A stretch of 64,000 bases of DNA, taken from Octopus vulgaris. Lineage: Eukaryota. The DNA lies in the NCBI GenBank assembly GCA_951406725.2, contig OX597829.1, forward strand, positions 26,040,001 to 26,104,000, in the 5' to 3' direction. Positions 38,287-51,774 of the stretch are shown here, in pieces. A program made the position numbers and the translations under genes. A model generated the notes under the pieces. That model made no database searches and was not told where the DNA came from. It saw only the letters and a list, made by a program, of their open reading frames with translations. Position 1 is the stretch's first letter. Every line of letters starts with the position of its first letter.

Positions 38287-38384
38287 CTTAGGTCAGTCTG
38301 TAGATAGACCTATAGATATGCAGATAAAGAGATATATTAACAGGTATCCAAATAAATAGGTATCTAAACTGAAAGAAACGAAAA

Positions 38385-38590
38385 TAAATTTAAATAATTT
38401 CAATTGTTAAATAACTTAAATAAGAACTGACATTATTTACATTCGACGGATATTTGTCCTCATCTTTTTTGTTAACACAACGTTTCGGCTGATATACCCT
38501 CCAGCTTTCTTCAGGTGTCTTGGGAAATTTCGAACCTGGGTTCTCATTCCTAAGGTATTTTTCGATGTTATTATCATTATTATCATTATT

Positions 38591-38628
<38 letters not shown>

Positions 38629-38925
38629 TATTATTATTATTGTTCAGGTCACTGCTTGGAATAATACCTCTCTTTACACTGTATGGATAGTGGGAATTGA
38701 AGTTGAGGTATCGTCCAGTAAAGGTCGGCTTACGGTATACGGATGTCCTGAATCCATACTTGGTGCGTGTTATTAATACGTCCAGAAATGCCAGATGATT
38801 GTCTTTTTCCTGAAGAAAGCTGGAGAGTATATCAGCCGAAACGTTGTTTAACAACAAAAGATGAGGACAAATATCCGTCAAATGTAAATAATGTACGTAA
38901 TTCCTCATCTCTTAAATGTAGAACT
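38385..38925 (-). mobile_element. Penelope-like retroelement fragment with inverted pseudo-LTR copies
   Basis: Minus-strand FLDVLITRTKYGFRTSVYRKPTFTGRYLNFNSHYPYSVKRGII is a PLE RT C-terminal motif. 38430-38515 is inverted at 38809-38895. Confidence 0.85.
38474..38519 (-). ncRNA. Minimal hammerhead in the Penelope pseudo-LTR (second copy on + at 38810-38848)
   Basis: gacac CTGAAGA aagctg gagggtatat cagcc GAAAC GTT gtgtt. Confidence 0.7.
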
Positions 38926-39297
38926 GTATCATCTTGGACTGAACCTTCGTGGTTGTTGGTTAGCGAAAAGTGTCGTGTTTACACACACACACACTCACAC
39001 AAATACGTTTTATATTTTTAATTCATCTTTTATTTCCTTAAACTGCAAAGCACATCATATCTGTCAAACATATTATTAGAAGGTAAATAATCAATATATT
39101 CTTAGTTCATTTCAATTATATTTGAAAGTACAGTTTTGATTAAGTGGCAAGATTTCAAAAGAAATAGATAACTCAGGAAAAGATAATAATAATAATGATA
39201 ATGATAATAATAACAACAACAACAACAATAATAATAATTATTATTATTATTACTATTGTTGTTGTTGTTGTTGTTATTATTATTATTATTATTATTA

Positions 39298-39560
39298 TTA
39301 AAAACAGAAACAATTCCTATCATAATAGGTGCATTAGGTATGATAAAAATTATTCAGAGAAATACATAACAAAAACCAGGACTAACAAGTATATATAACA
39401 CAGAAAATAGCCCTACTAGGCACCGCACACATCCTACATAAAACACTTTCAATACAGTAACCACATGAGCATCACAACAAACCACAGCACATGCCCAAGG
39501 CACACAGAGCTGCGCTCGGTAGTGCAGTGAAAGCACGTGATAAAAATAAACTACTGAATG
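39298..39560 (+). mobile_element. R4/Dong-clade LINE 3' end
   Basis: KTETIPIIIGALGMIK...QKIALLGTAHIL.KTLSIQ* plus 3' UTR, located between (ATT)n and (GAT)n. Confidence 0.8.
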
Positions 39561-39666
39561 ATGATGATAATGATGATGATGATAATGATGATGATGATGA
39601 TGATGATGATGATGGTGATGGTGATGGTGATGGTGATGGTGATAGTGATGATGGTGGTGATGATGG

Positions 39667-39699
<33 letters not shown>

Positions 39700-39700
<1 letters not shown>

Positions 39701-40365
39701 CATGAAGAGAAGAAATATACTGCATAAACATAAAATTACTGAACAAGGTATACCTGACATAAAAGAACAGCTAAAGCGAGATATCCCCGCCAAAGCATAA
39801 AGAATCCACCGGTATGAAAAACACCAACGTTTCTTTGAACAAAACAAACAGTTCAATTCCTACCTCAAAAGGTTCTACCAAGAACTTAGCAAAAATAAAA
39901 TACAGATCAATGCAGCACCAACAGCAGAAGCGGAATAATTTTGGAAAGGATTATGGTTAGTGAAGAAACAACCTCAGAGAATATCTAACAAAACAATGAA
40001 CAGAGCACCTGAACAACTCTGGACCCCTATAACAACTGAAGAGGTCACCAAGGCACTGAAAAAACTAAGCAATTGGAAGGCATCCAGGCGCGACAAGATC
40101 CCCAACTTCTGGTTAAAATACCTAACAGGAAAACATAAAACGCTGGCTGAGAAACTTAATGAAATACTAGCAGAGCCAGAGATAATGCCTGAATGACTCA
40201 CGGAATGACATACAGAAAATAGCACTACTAGGTATCGTACACATCCTACGTAAAACACTTTCACTGCAGTGAAAATAAGAGCACCACAACAAACTACAGT
40301 GCATATCCAAGGCACACAGAGCTGCGATCGGAGTGCAGTGAAAGCACGTGATAAAAATAAGACTT
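39700..40365 (+). mobile_element. Internally deleted R4/Dong-clade LINE (pre-RT segment fused to 3' end)
   Basis: RIHRYEKHQRFFEQNKQF...FYQEL and ITTEEVTKALKKLSNWKASRRDKIPNFWLK...IMPE*LT, joined directly at ~40207 to a second copy of the 3' end seen at 39400-39555. Confidence 0.8.
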
Positions 40366-40419
40366 TAGCTGCATCTCTGACTGATGAAGTGCACCAAAAT
40401 TTAGCTACATCTCTGACTG

Positions 40420-40983
40420 ATGTCATCTATACGAAGCACGTGAAACAAGATCTTCATTTGCGTAAAACGATGTTGAGCGTATGGTAGGGCTGGGAAGGGA
40501 TTATCCAGTACAAATTGCTTGAACGGAACCAAACGATCAACGCGGAAGTCAATATTCAACAGATGGAACGTCTCAACACGGCTATTCAAGAGAAAAAGAC
40601 CTAATCGTAAGCATGAAGTTCTTCTGCTGCACGACAACGCCCACCTTCATATCGCCAATATGACCAAGGAAGCCATTCAAATGCATGGCTGGGAAGTGCT
40701 GCCACAGCCGCCGTACTCTCCTGATTTGGCACCAACGGATTTCCTCCTCTTTCAATCTCTTTCAAATGCTATGCGCGGAGTTTCGTTCAATACTGATGCA
40801 GAATCAATTTTTCGAGTCGAAATCGGATAATTTCTACCAACGCGGTATTAAAAATCTTGTTTAACGTTGGGAAGAGGTTGTAAACAACAAGGGTGAATAC
40901 ATTATTGATTGATCAGTTGTTCTTTTTTATTTAACCTTTTAAAAAGTTTTTAAAACGGCGGGAACTTACTTGCCAACCTAATA
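40420..40983 (+). mobile_element. Mariner (Mos1/Hsmar-like) transposon 3' half with right TIR
   Basis: KTMLSVW*GWEGII, LLLHDNA and GWEVLPQPPYSPDLAPTDF. End aacttacttgccaacctaa|ta is typical of a mariner TIR plus TA. Confidence 0.88.
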
Positions 40984-41311
40984 ATTCCCAAAACATTTTA
41001 ATCTATGAACATTGTCAAATGTACTTTAAATGTACATAACAGCAAACACTTTTTACTGTCGTTTTAAGATCATACTATTATCTAACATCAAATTAATCTT
41101 TTTTTAAACTTCTAAATTTCTTATGTTTTTACTGACACTCTCTCCGACAATACTCTGTGCAAAATCAAAAATATGGTATCAAAGTCGTAACACCGACTTA
41201 AACTTCTAATTTGTTATCTCTTGAGGTATCTGGATGAGATTTGGAGTCAAATTGTACAAATACAAAGCAAAAGCCAAACATAATACAACAACAACAACAA
41301 CAACAACAATC

Positions 41312-42057
41312 ATTTTTTTATTAACCTCAAGGGGTTACATTAAGAAAATATTAGGGACAGCACAGGACAAAACAAAAAATGTGAGTGTGTGTGTAAGTAT
41401 GTGTTGTGAGGATTTTGCGTGTAAACAAGACCAATCTTTTTTTAAAATGAACAATGTGTGATCCCCGATAGGGAGGCGACGTTCGAAGGGCTGCTCATGG
41501 AAAACCCCATAAAATACAATGGGTACCCTGACTTTTGGGACAGGTACATTTTTCTCTCCTTTTTTCCAACTACAGGCGTATGCTCAGGGCAGGCCTGTTC
41601 ACTCACACCATTCTTGCAACTTTCATCCACCTTTCAGCAAACTGGCTTGAAGACAACACTTTTCTCTCTACCCTTATTTTCCTTTTCAGGTGAAACTTGA
41701 AGTAGTTGATCAGAGATTGGCCGAAGAGAAAAGTGTTTGTCTTCAGCCCCTTCAATCTCGTCCACCATACAACCTATTTCGCCATGGCCACCAGGAATAC
41801 AAAAACAGCTTTTCCTTCCCGATTTCAACTGTTGGCACTTCCATGCCTGAAGAGCTTGTCTCGAACAGGCAATGTCTGCCTGTAGCGCTGTCATGCCAAA
41901 GACTTTGGGAAATTCTCCATGCTCTTCGACCCGAAAGTCCTCCGGAAGAGAGCACTCAAACTTTTCTCGTCCCTTGGCCATCGTCGCTCATTTCCTCAAT
42001 GAGCCTCCTATAGAAATCTTGAGTTGTTTTCCCGCTAACGGTTTTGTCCAGCGGGTA
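41312..42057 (-). mobile_element. 5'-truncated L1/Tx1 LINE 3' end
   Basis: Minus strand is homologous to 24990-25160 of the Tx1 copy (ttccggag.actttc...gacaagctct.caggca.gga) and ends in aataaaaaa; flanked by (AAC)n and (AAT)n. Confidence 0.75.
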
Positions 42058-42068
42058 CAATAATAATG

Positions 42069-42139
<71 letters not shown>

Positions 42140-42142
<3 letters not shown>

Positions 42143-42392
42143 CGTTTAACGTCCGTTTTCCGCGCTAGCACGGGTTGGACGGTTCGACCGGGGTCTGGGA
42201 AGCCAGGGGCTGCACCAGGCTCTAGTCTGATCTGGCAGTGTTTCTACAGCTGGATGCCCTTCCTAACGCCAACCACTCCGCGAGTGTAGTGGGTGCTTTT
42301 TACGTGCCACCTGCACAGGTGCCAGTGGGGTCTGGCATCGGCCACGATCGGTTGGTGCTTTTAACGTGCCACCGGCACGGAAGCCAGCCAAG
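42140..42392 (-). mobile_element. SINE-like family B copy
   Basis: Reverse complement of 18780-19025. Confidence 0.8.
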
Positions 42393-42449
<57 letters not shown>

Positions 42450-42515
42450 TAATATGATGGTGATGATGATGATGATGATGATGATAATGATGATGATGAT
42501 GGTGGTGGTGGTGGA

Positions 42516-42740
42516 GATTTATTTTATTTGCCACTAGGGTGAAGGATGAAGGACAATGCAAAGACAGACATAAGACTATGGGGGTTTATATATAATAGAA
42601 TGATAAAAAAAAAAACAGATTGAAGGAAAAGAATATACGGTATACATTAAAAGAAGGGAAATATACATAGTATACGACACTAAAAAGAAGAAAGAAGAAA
42701 AAAGTGATAGTGATGGGGTCCTCCTAATACAGGAGGACCT
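42516..42740 (-). mobile_element. Probable LINE 3' UTR fragment
   Basis: Minus strand ends ...tgtccttcatccttcaccctagtggcaaataaaataaa, similar in layout to the 41312 end. Confidence 0.4.
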
Positions 42741-42960
42741 CAAGGGATAATCGATGAATTTGAAGTCAGAACTTAACGGGCCGGAAGAAATGTCTCTAAG
42801 TCCAGCGTGCTAACGAATCTGCCAGCTCATCGCCTTAACGATAACAATAACAAATAAATATAAACAATACTAGTCATTATGGTAGTTTTCTCCTCCCTTA
42901 GTAATTATTTTTCTTTTACTCTTTACTCTTTTACTGTTAAATCACTTTTTAAGGTTATAC

Positions 42961-43185
42961 TCTCTTTACTCTTTTACACTTTTACTTGTTTCAGTCATTT
43001 GACTGTGGCCATGCTGGAGCACCGCCTTTAGTCGAACAAATCGCCCCCCAGGACTTATTCGTTGTAAGCCTAGTACTTATTCTATCGGTGTCTTTTGCTG
43101 AAGCGCTAGTTGCCGAGGACATAAACACACCAGCATCGGTTGTCAAGCAATGCTAGGGGGACAAACACAGACACACAAACACACA
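42961..43185 (-). mobile_element. SINE family A, 3' half
   Basis: cttgtttcagtcatttgactgtggccatgctggagcaccgcc...ggggacaaacacagac. Confidence 0.8.
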
Positions 43186-43273
43186 CACATACATACATAC
43201 ATACATACATACATACATACATACATACATACATACATACATACATACATACATACATACATACATACATACA

Positions 43274-43309
<36 letters not shown>

Positions 43310-43319
43310 TATATAATTA

Positions 43320-44870
43320 ATAATAATAATATTAGGGAATAAATCCAAACTTACAGGGAAAAATTAGATTTAGGATTAAATCCAATTTTATAGTATAAAT
43401 ATATTATATTATATTATATTAAATTAGAGATAAAACCACTATTAGGCAAATCAAACAGTGAAAAACATAAGCCAATACATAAAATTAACTTAAAAATATA
43501 AAAGTTAAAAATAAAAAATTATTTAAATAATTTAAACTTACAAATTTTATATATATATACAAATATATATATATATGTATGTATATTTTTATATTTATAT
43601 ATTATTTTATTTATTTATTTTTTATATATATATATATATATCAAAAGTATTAAAAGTTTAATAAAAGATAAAGAGTAAAACACTACGATCGTTTCATGGC
43701 TGTACCAATTCGAATAACAATAATTTAAATTCAATTAATAATTCGAGTTATGGTTACAGTCAATCTTCAGGTTAATTGAAATATTTTTAAAATAATCAGA
43801 AATATTTAAACAATATTTTTAAGATATAAATAATATAATAATTTTACTTATAATAAACTCTATTATCAAACTAGAAACTTAAAACTTAACAATTATGATT
43901 ATATCAAAATCGATTATAATGTTAAATATTAATTTTAATTTATAAGGTAGGAAACCCACCAATAATCTAATATCGGTAATAGTCTATATCTAATTACATA
44001 AATATTTAAAAAAAGAAAAAAAAATGACTATTATATATAAATTATCAATGAAAATATATAAATGTATATAATATTATAATTAAGATCTAAAATAATCTCT
44101 ATAAATAAATATATATGCACATATAATAAAAACCTAATAAATTAATTTTTCATATTTAAAGATGAAATAGCTAATTTCAAAAATACAAACAAACAAACTT
44201 AAACGAACTTTCGGAAATCTTATGTAAAATACTTATAGAAATAATCAATTCGTAGTTATATAGTATCGAATAAATACTATAAATACAATTATCAATGGGA
44301 ATAACTAGCGAATATCAATTTAAAAAGACAATAACTAAGTTATGCTATTAAGTTAGACATGGCCTGGACCAATCTTTAGTCGAAACATATCTAAGTTTAT
44401 CAAAGTTTATCTTATCTTAATTATAAGAAATTTAAAACTACAATTAATACTATTAATACATGTATATACAAAAGCCTAACTTTAGACACCTCGTATGCTT
44501 GCTATCAAACAACAAATCTATCGCTAAGTAGTATCTTACGAATAAACTTAAATTTAATATCTAATAATATAGAAAATTACGATAATTAGATCATTACATA
44601 AACAACGATATTTACATAAGGAAAATATTATTACACCAAAGACTTATAAAATATTAAAATTTACAATTTAAAGATCTTAAATATAAATAAATACTTATCT
44701 TAGCGAGGTTTTGTAATGAACTAAAATTTTGAATCGGAAAACGTCTTTACAGCGTTTATAAGAATACTCGTGGAATTACGTTATTAGCAAAGATAAGTAT
44801 TTATTAATATTTAAGATCTTTAAATTGTAAATTTTAATATTTTATAAGTCTTTGGTGTAATAATATTTTC
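43320..44870 (-). mobile_element. Extremely AT-rich Penelope-like non-coding element with hammerhead and terminal inversion
   Basis: Hammerhead at 43681-43773 (-), an ~80-bp inverted repeat at 44621-44701 / 44789-44870, and microsatellite flanks. Confidence 0.5.
43681..43773 (-). ncRNA. Hammerhead motif with long stem II
   Basis: aac CTGAAGA ttgactgtaacca...tggtacagccat GAAAC GATC GTA gtg; palindromic stem III ACGATCGT; stem I is weak. Confidence 0.62.
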
Positions 44871-44915
44871 TACATGTGTGTTAGTGTGTGTGAGTATATA
44901 TATGCATATATATAC

Positions 44916-44946
<31 letters not shown>

Positions 44947-45259
44947 ACATACAGCCCATTAGCCCCTATGTCAAACACATCGTCACTATACAGACTAGTC
45001 TATATCTTCTCTCATACGTTTCCCTCTCTTTCTCTCCCTCACGTTCTTCTAAGGCCTTCCAACTCAAACCTTATTCACTTTAAAGATGGAACTAGTAATC
45101 TCCATTATCCTTTACTAGGGATTCTATTCGAAACATTCCCAATAAAACTGATGATTCCTCGATCATGGAAATATCAAACACATCTATATTTTACACTGGA
45201 CATTCCTTGGCTTCTCAAAGAAGTAGTAACTATATCTTCGATTAAAGATATTCCACATT

Positions 45260-45302
<43 letters not shown>

Positions 45303-45331
45303 CTCTCTCTCTCTGTGTCTCTCTGTCTTTC

Positions 45332-45415
<84 letters not shown>

Positions 45416-45762
45416 GCTGGCTTACTACTTAGCTTACATGGAATTCTTTACTCAATAACATATGATCCACATGCTTAGCTGTTCTAGAAACAGTTGTAAG
45501 AAACTTTACGTATCTATTATAACTACTCTGAACTATATTTATATTATAAAATAAATGTTCTAGAATTATGCTAAATGTTTTGCTTGTTCATTATCTGTTT
45601 TAATGTATGTCTACGCACTCAATGGCGAACCACTTCTAACTAGCTTTGATAGGCAATTTCAGCGCACATCTTTCAGTTGTAGTTCAAACAGGGATTTTAG
45701 TGGTAAACCATACTGAGTACTCGTATCACATACCTATTAGATTATGTGAATTGACGAAGATT

Positions 45763-45803
<41 letters not shown>

Positions 45804-45938
45804 CAGTGTACATTTAAGCACATAAGAGGTATCCGTCATATGACTACTTTCACGCTAGAAGGAACAGCTAAAGTCCAAACCACTATTAGGGATAGAAACT
45901 CGAAGGGAATGAAAAATAAAAACATTTTCCATCTATCT

Positions 45939-46009
45939 CCTGGACCACAGTTTCTGCCTTTTTTTTTAGCAAATAAAATAATTTGCTAGGCGAAGTCTTC
46001 ATCAACAGG
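45939..46009 (-). ncRNA. Degenerate hammerhead motif
   Basis: cctg TTGATGA agacttcgcctagcaaat...atttgcta(a)nggca GAAAC TGTG GTC cagg; stem I cctg/cagg. Confidence 0.5.
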
Positions 46010-46145
46010 TACGCCTAGATTAAACATATAAGTACGAGGCAAATCCAGTATGTGCCTCTTGCTTATACGTTATAGTTTGTATACATTATACATTGCTTAT
46101 ACATTATAATTTGTATAAAAATTTCTAAAATCTTTATTAACCCTG

Positions 46146-46186
<41 letters not shown>

Positions 46187-46545
46187 CTCTTTACTCTCTT
46201 TTGCTCTTTTACTTGTTTCAGTCATGTGACTATGGCCATGCTGGAGCACCGCCTTTAGTCGAGCAAATCGACCATGTACTTATTCTTTGTAAACCTAGTA
46301 CTTATTCTATCGCTCTGTTTTGCCGAACTGCTAAGTTACAGGGACGTAAACACACCATCGGTTGTCAAAACAAGCATCGGTTGTCAAAACAAGCATCGGT
46401 TGTCAAAACAAGCATCGGTTGTCAAGTGGTGTTGGGGGGGACAAACACAGACACACAAACATATACACTCACATACATATATACGACGGGCTTCTTTCAG
46501 TTTCCTTCTACCAAATCCACTCACAAGGCTTTGGTCGGCCCGAGT
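46187..46545 (-). mobile_element. SINE family A (headless) with internal 19-bp tandem triplication
   Basis: Family A body; catcggttgtcaaaacaag x3 plus a partial copy at 46356-46425. Confidence 0.8.
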
Positions 46546-47104
46546 CTTGTTTGTGTATTATGTTTGTTATTCTATTTAACAGAAAACAGATGAATAGTGC
46601 AATACACCATTTTCATTGAAAAGAAAAAAAAAATTAAGGCATAATATTTTACTTGTGTTTCACTAGTACTACTCTTTCTCATACCTTAACAATGCACATG
46701 CAGCAAAGATAATTTGGGTTGAGAGTTATGGCACTTTATGGCAACGATAATAATACCGCCGGGGACGATAATAACGATAACGATGACGGTAATAGTGTCG
46801 GCAACGGTGGCGATGACGATAACGACGACAACGACGACGACGAGGAGGAGGAGGAGGATGCAGACGATGACGAGGAGAGGAAGAGGAAGGGGATGAGGAG
46901 GACGACGATGACAGTTACAGAGATAGGTAATGATAAGAAGAATGCCAAGTGTCGACAATGTCTTTGAAATTTAAAATAACCCACTCCTCCCTTTCTATTT
47001 TTTGTCTCACGCGTATTGCGTGCGCACACGCGCGCACAAACACACACACAAATACACACGCACACACATACACCCATATATATTTACATTGTGTTTTTGC
47101 ATAT

Positions 47105-47161
<57 letters not shown>

Positions 47162-47806
47162 CATGTATATATGTATGTACATGTTTGAAGAACGAGTAAA
47201 ATATAGAACAAAAGAAGAAAAGTTAAAAAAATATTTAAAATATTGTGGTTCTAGAAGTGAAATAGATTGAAATGAAATTCCTTTGGTAATTCAAGTCAAA
47301 TTTCGTTATTCGTTTGCTATACATACATACATACATACATACATACATACATACATACATACATACATACATGCATGCATGCATGCATACATACATACAT
47401 ACATACATACATGCATGCATACATACATACATACATACATACATACATGCATGCATACATACATACATGCATACATACATACATACATACATACATACAT
47501 ACATGCATGCATGCATGCATACATACATACATGCATCCATGCATACATACATACATAATGCAGGCAGACAGACATACACACACACATACATACGTGCATG
47601 CATATATACATACAGAGAGAGAGAAGGGAAGGAGAAAGAGCGAAACAAGAATATGTGTGTGTGCGTGCGTATGTGTGCGTGTGTGTGTGTGTGTGTGCGT
47701 ATGTGTGCGTGTGTGTACGCGCATGTGTGTGTGTGTGTGTGTGCATAATATGAATAATCGACGAAAAATAAAAATGAATAGCAGTAAATAAAATAATAAT
47801 AAATAC

Positions 47807-47847
<41 letters not shown>

Positions 47848-48452
47848 TAATAGTAATAATAATAAAAGACATTATGGCTTTCAGAGTAAAATATAATATT
47901 TCATTTTGGTTTCGTGATGATAAAGAAAATGGATAGCACTTAAGAGCATCATATTTGAATCACATACGTATACACGGAATAACTCACACACACACACACA
48001 CAGACACAACAACAACAACAACAACAACACATACCCACACATAGACACGCATGCACATATATAATATATATATATATATATGAAGATAAATTAAATCGTA
48101 AAAATTCAAGGAATCGTATCTGTGGAAGCAGACTGAGTTTTGTAGAAATGTAATCATGTGTAAATGTCTGAGAAAAGATAGCATTAAAAAAAAAAAAATG
48201 TGGCGTTGATGGAGATGAAGAAAGAGGAGGAAGAGCAGAATGGTGGGGAGGGGGAGGGGTCGTCGGGAGAAAATGGTAAAAATTCCTTACGCCTGAATAA
48301 ATCGATGTTTATCTAATATATAGGTTTGTAGGTCTTTGTTGAGAATTCCGTCTGTCGAAAGTCAATTCTCCACAGAAACAATTCTGAGGAATATTGTCAT
48401 TTCCCCGATGGCCGACGAGAAAAAATAAAAGAGATATAAAAATTAACAAGAC

Positions 48453-48539
48453 TTTGTTGTTGTTGTTGTTGTTGTTGTTGTTACTGCTGCTGCTGTTGCC
48501 GCCGTTATTACACTATCACCACCACCACAACCACCGCCG

Positions 48540-48608
<69 letters not shown>

Positions 48609-48614
48609 TTGCTG

Positions 48615-48684
<70 letters not shown>

Positions 48685-48701
48685 CGCCGCCGCCACTACT
48701 A

Positions 48702-48775
<74 letters not shown>

Positions 48776-48782
48776 ACCGCCG

Positions 48783-48864
<82 letters not shown>
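48453..48864. repeat. Compound trinucleotide array (TTG/CTG/CAC/TAC/TGC/CGC)
   Basis: Direct reading. Confidence 0.9.
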
Positions 48865-49722
48865 AAGGATTCTGGATTATTTGTTATATTTACTTTACTT
48901 TACATTACGAAGTATTACGATCTTACGTTCACATTCAAGTCTTTCTCTGATTATCTCCCTTGAAAGCACGATCATGGTTTCCACACAAGTTATGGCGGCG
49001 TAGCTGTTTCCAAAGTTTTATTTCCGTTTCTCTATTGTTAATTCCACTCGCGTCTCTATCTTAGTAGAAACTGATGGATAAAGAAATCAAACTACATAAA
49101 CAAACAACAGCAAAACCGTTCAGAAATTAAATAACACTAACATATTCAGTAGCAGTAATAAATATAATTTATCCTCGACGATTTTTAGTTTTACCAATTT
49201 TGAATATATCTCTCCTATTTAAAACCTCTTACCTTCTTGACATTTGCTTTTCTAGCTCTACCTTTTTGTGCGCAACGATGTTGTTAAACCTCCGTTAACA
49301 GTCCTTTCCGTTTTCTTTTGCGCACGGCTACATTTTTCACTATAGATTTTAATGGTCGCAAAGACACTACTATCGGTGGAAAGGCTAAAAAAAGGCCTTC
49401 ATAGAGAAAACTGTCCTTGTTCCCACTGCAGACGACACACAGCATTACAAAAACGGACCGCACACTCACCTTCACATTCCTTGACTACCACTAGGATCGA
49501 TCAGGAACCGAGCAAAGATTCTGGATTATTTTTTCCTGTTTTTTTTACTTAATTTTTGAGAGCGGTCGGGTTTATTTTTAGTATTCTCGTTTGTGAGTCG
49601 AGTTTATTTAAGATATTCTCATTTTAAAAATCATCCCCGGCTAATCGGTGAGAGGACATTGGTGTTACCTTGGCGGAGATTTGCGCATTATGAGTGCTCT
49701 TATTATTATTGTTGTTGTTGTT

Positions 49723-49754
<32 letters not shown>

Positions 49755-49765
49755 TGTTGTTGTTG

Positions 49766-49825
<60 letters not shown>

Positions 49826-49826
<1 letters not shown>

Positions 49827-50400
49827 TAAGGCGGCGACCGAATATAATCATTAGCGCACCGGACAAAATGCTTAGCGGCATTTCATCTGACTTAACGTTC
49901 TTAGATCGAATGCTGCCGAGATCGACATTGCCGTTCATCCTTTCAAGGTCGATAAAATGAGTATCAGTTAAGTATTAGGGTAAATATAATAGACTAAATC
50001 CCTTCCCGTAAATTTCAGGCTTTGTGCCTTTAGTAGGAAGGATGGCGGCATTTCATCTGTCTTTACGTTCTAAGTTTAAATTCCGCGCTGATCAACTTTG
50101 CCTTTCATCCTTTCTCGACCGATAAAAATAATTAGCAGTTGTAATCGACATGCCCTCAACCCGGAAATTGCTGGCCTTGTGCCAAAATGAGAAAGAATTA
50201 TTACTGGTAGAATCGTTAGCACGCCGGACAAAATACTTTGCAGCATTTCTTCTGACTCTTTACATTCCGAGATCAAATTCCGCCGAGGTCGATTTTGCCT
50301 TTCATCTTTTCTGTGTCGGTAAAATGAGTAGCACTCAATTATTGGGGTCGATGCAATCGACTAGTCCCTTCAAAACTTCTGTTCACATATCTATAGTTGA
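49826..50400 (+). mobile_element. Three head-to-tail Nin/Deu-domain SINEs (family D)
   Basis: The ttgcc.ttcatc.ttt...gataaaat core occurs at ~49930, ~50100 and ~50295; the cluster follows (ATT)n. Confidence 0.75.
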
Positions 50401-50599
50401 AAAAAAAATTATTGTTACTTTTACGTTGTAATCGCCTCTGCTTTCTGCCTAAAATGAGTGGCGTTGTACCAACATTAGATATTGTGTTATTATGATTATT
50501 CGACGACTACGCGGTGCACGTATCTATTGATCTACTCAGATCAGATCACTCCCCTGTGTTGTTTCGGAAATGCTTCGATCTAAAGTTACAGACAATCTT

Positions 50600-51200
50600 C
50601 CTAGACCAGGCTATTAAGTGAACAGCAACAAAAGCAGTGCCTTCAAATTAAGGGCCATTTATGATTCAAATATGAGGAGCCATAGGATTTCTGCAAGCAC
50701 ATAGAAGCGTTCTTGGGGGTCGTATCGATCTTTAATGCAGTTGTGGGGGCTTTTTGTCTGGTAGAAAAATTCCATAGCTCGTCGAGCTATCTCATTGATC
50801 GAGCTATAATTCTTGGTCAAGCAAAAGACACAACAATTCACCAAGTATCTGGAATGCTATTAGTCACTCACAAGCCTCTACAACCAATGAAATTTCTAGC
50901 TTTTTATCGAGGAAAATAGTAAAGAAGTGTTGTAGCGGATCTATCTGATCTGTTTGAGAGGATTTTCGGTCCAAGGACTGTGGATAACTTCCACAGTCAC
51001 TAGTCCGGGTGTGCTATTGAAGGAAATCGGTGGTTTGTGGAAAACTTTACGACTTCACCATTACCGATAGAGGACCTGTCTGACGTGGATACAATGACAA
51101 AACGGGTTCTGTACACGATTGTTTAGCGCCTGGGTATTACTGTACTGCGGTATAGGGCAGATCTAGTTATCGACCGAGTCTGTCGTGAAGTTCAACTCAC
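50600..51200 (-). mobile_element. Possible decayed Penelope GIY-YIG endonuclease region
   Basis: Minus-strand pieces (…TK..IARR..E…KSPHNCI…, PK..DPL) loosely resemble the PLE endonuclease C-terminus. Weak. Confidence 0.35.
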
Positions 51201-51567
51201 TACCCTTCTTTTGTCGGAAATGGCAAGTTGTTTGTCTCAAATAGCTATGGCGAAAAAGGTAATATGGTGGACGCAACAGAAAGGACTATTGTTAGATATT
51301 TTCTCCTTCGGTCAAGCTCTCATTGACTTTTCAGGATCCACTTAGAAAAGGAGAGGAGTGTATAAAGTGGGGTGATGTCTAACAGTAAATTTATCAAAAG
51401 ATGAGTAACAGTTGCGAACACAGACTGAGTGATTGTACCTGTAAGCAGGTGTGCTCTTGCTGTTGGTTTCAATGTTGGGTGTATATGTGTACGTGCGCGC
51501 GCGCATCTAGCATCAATATATGTATATATAGATCTTATACACACATACACACACGCACACACACACG

Positions 51568-51650
<83 letters not shown>

Positions 51651-51774
51651 TACATTTATATATGTACGTATAGATATTCACATATACATACATGTATCTC
51701 ACCATCAAATCAGATGTCAACTGCCAAAGTAACCCCTCTTCGCACACTTTCTTATTTCTTTATTGCCTGCAAGT

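Noticed and set aside
46356-46425. Short direct repeats resembling a CRISPR array
   Set aside because: Contiguous 19-bp tandem units with no spacers, inside a SINE, in a eukaryotic context with no cas genes.
46719-46967. Acidic D/E-rich ORF with KRK patch
   Set aside because: Built from degenerate GAC/GAT/GAG repeats like other SSR fields, with a non-ATG start and no splice support.
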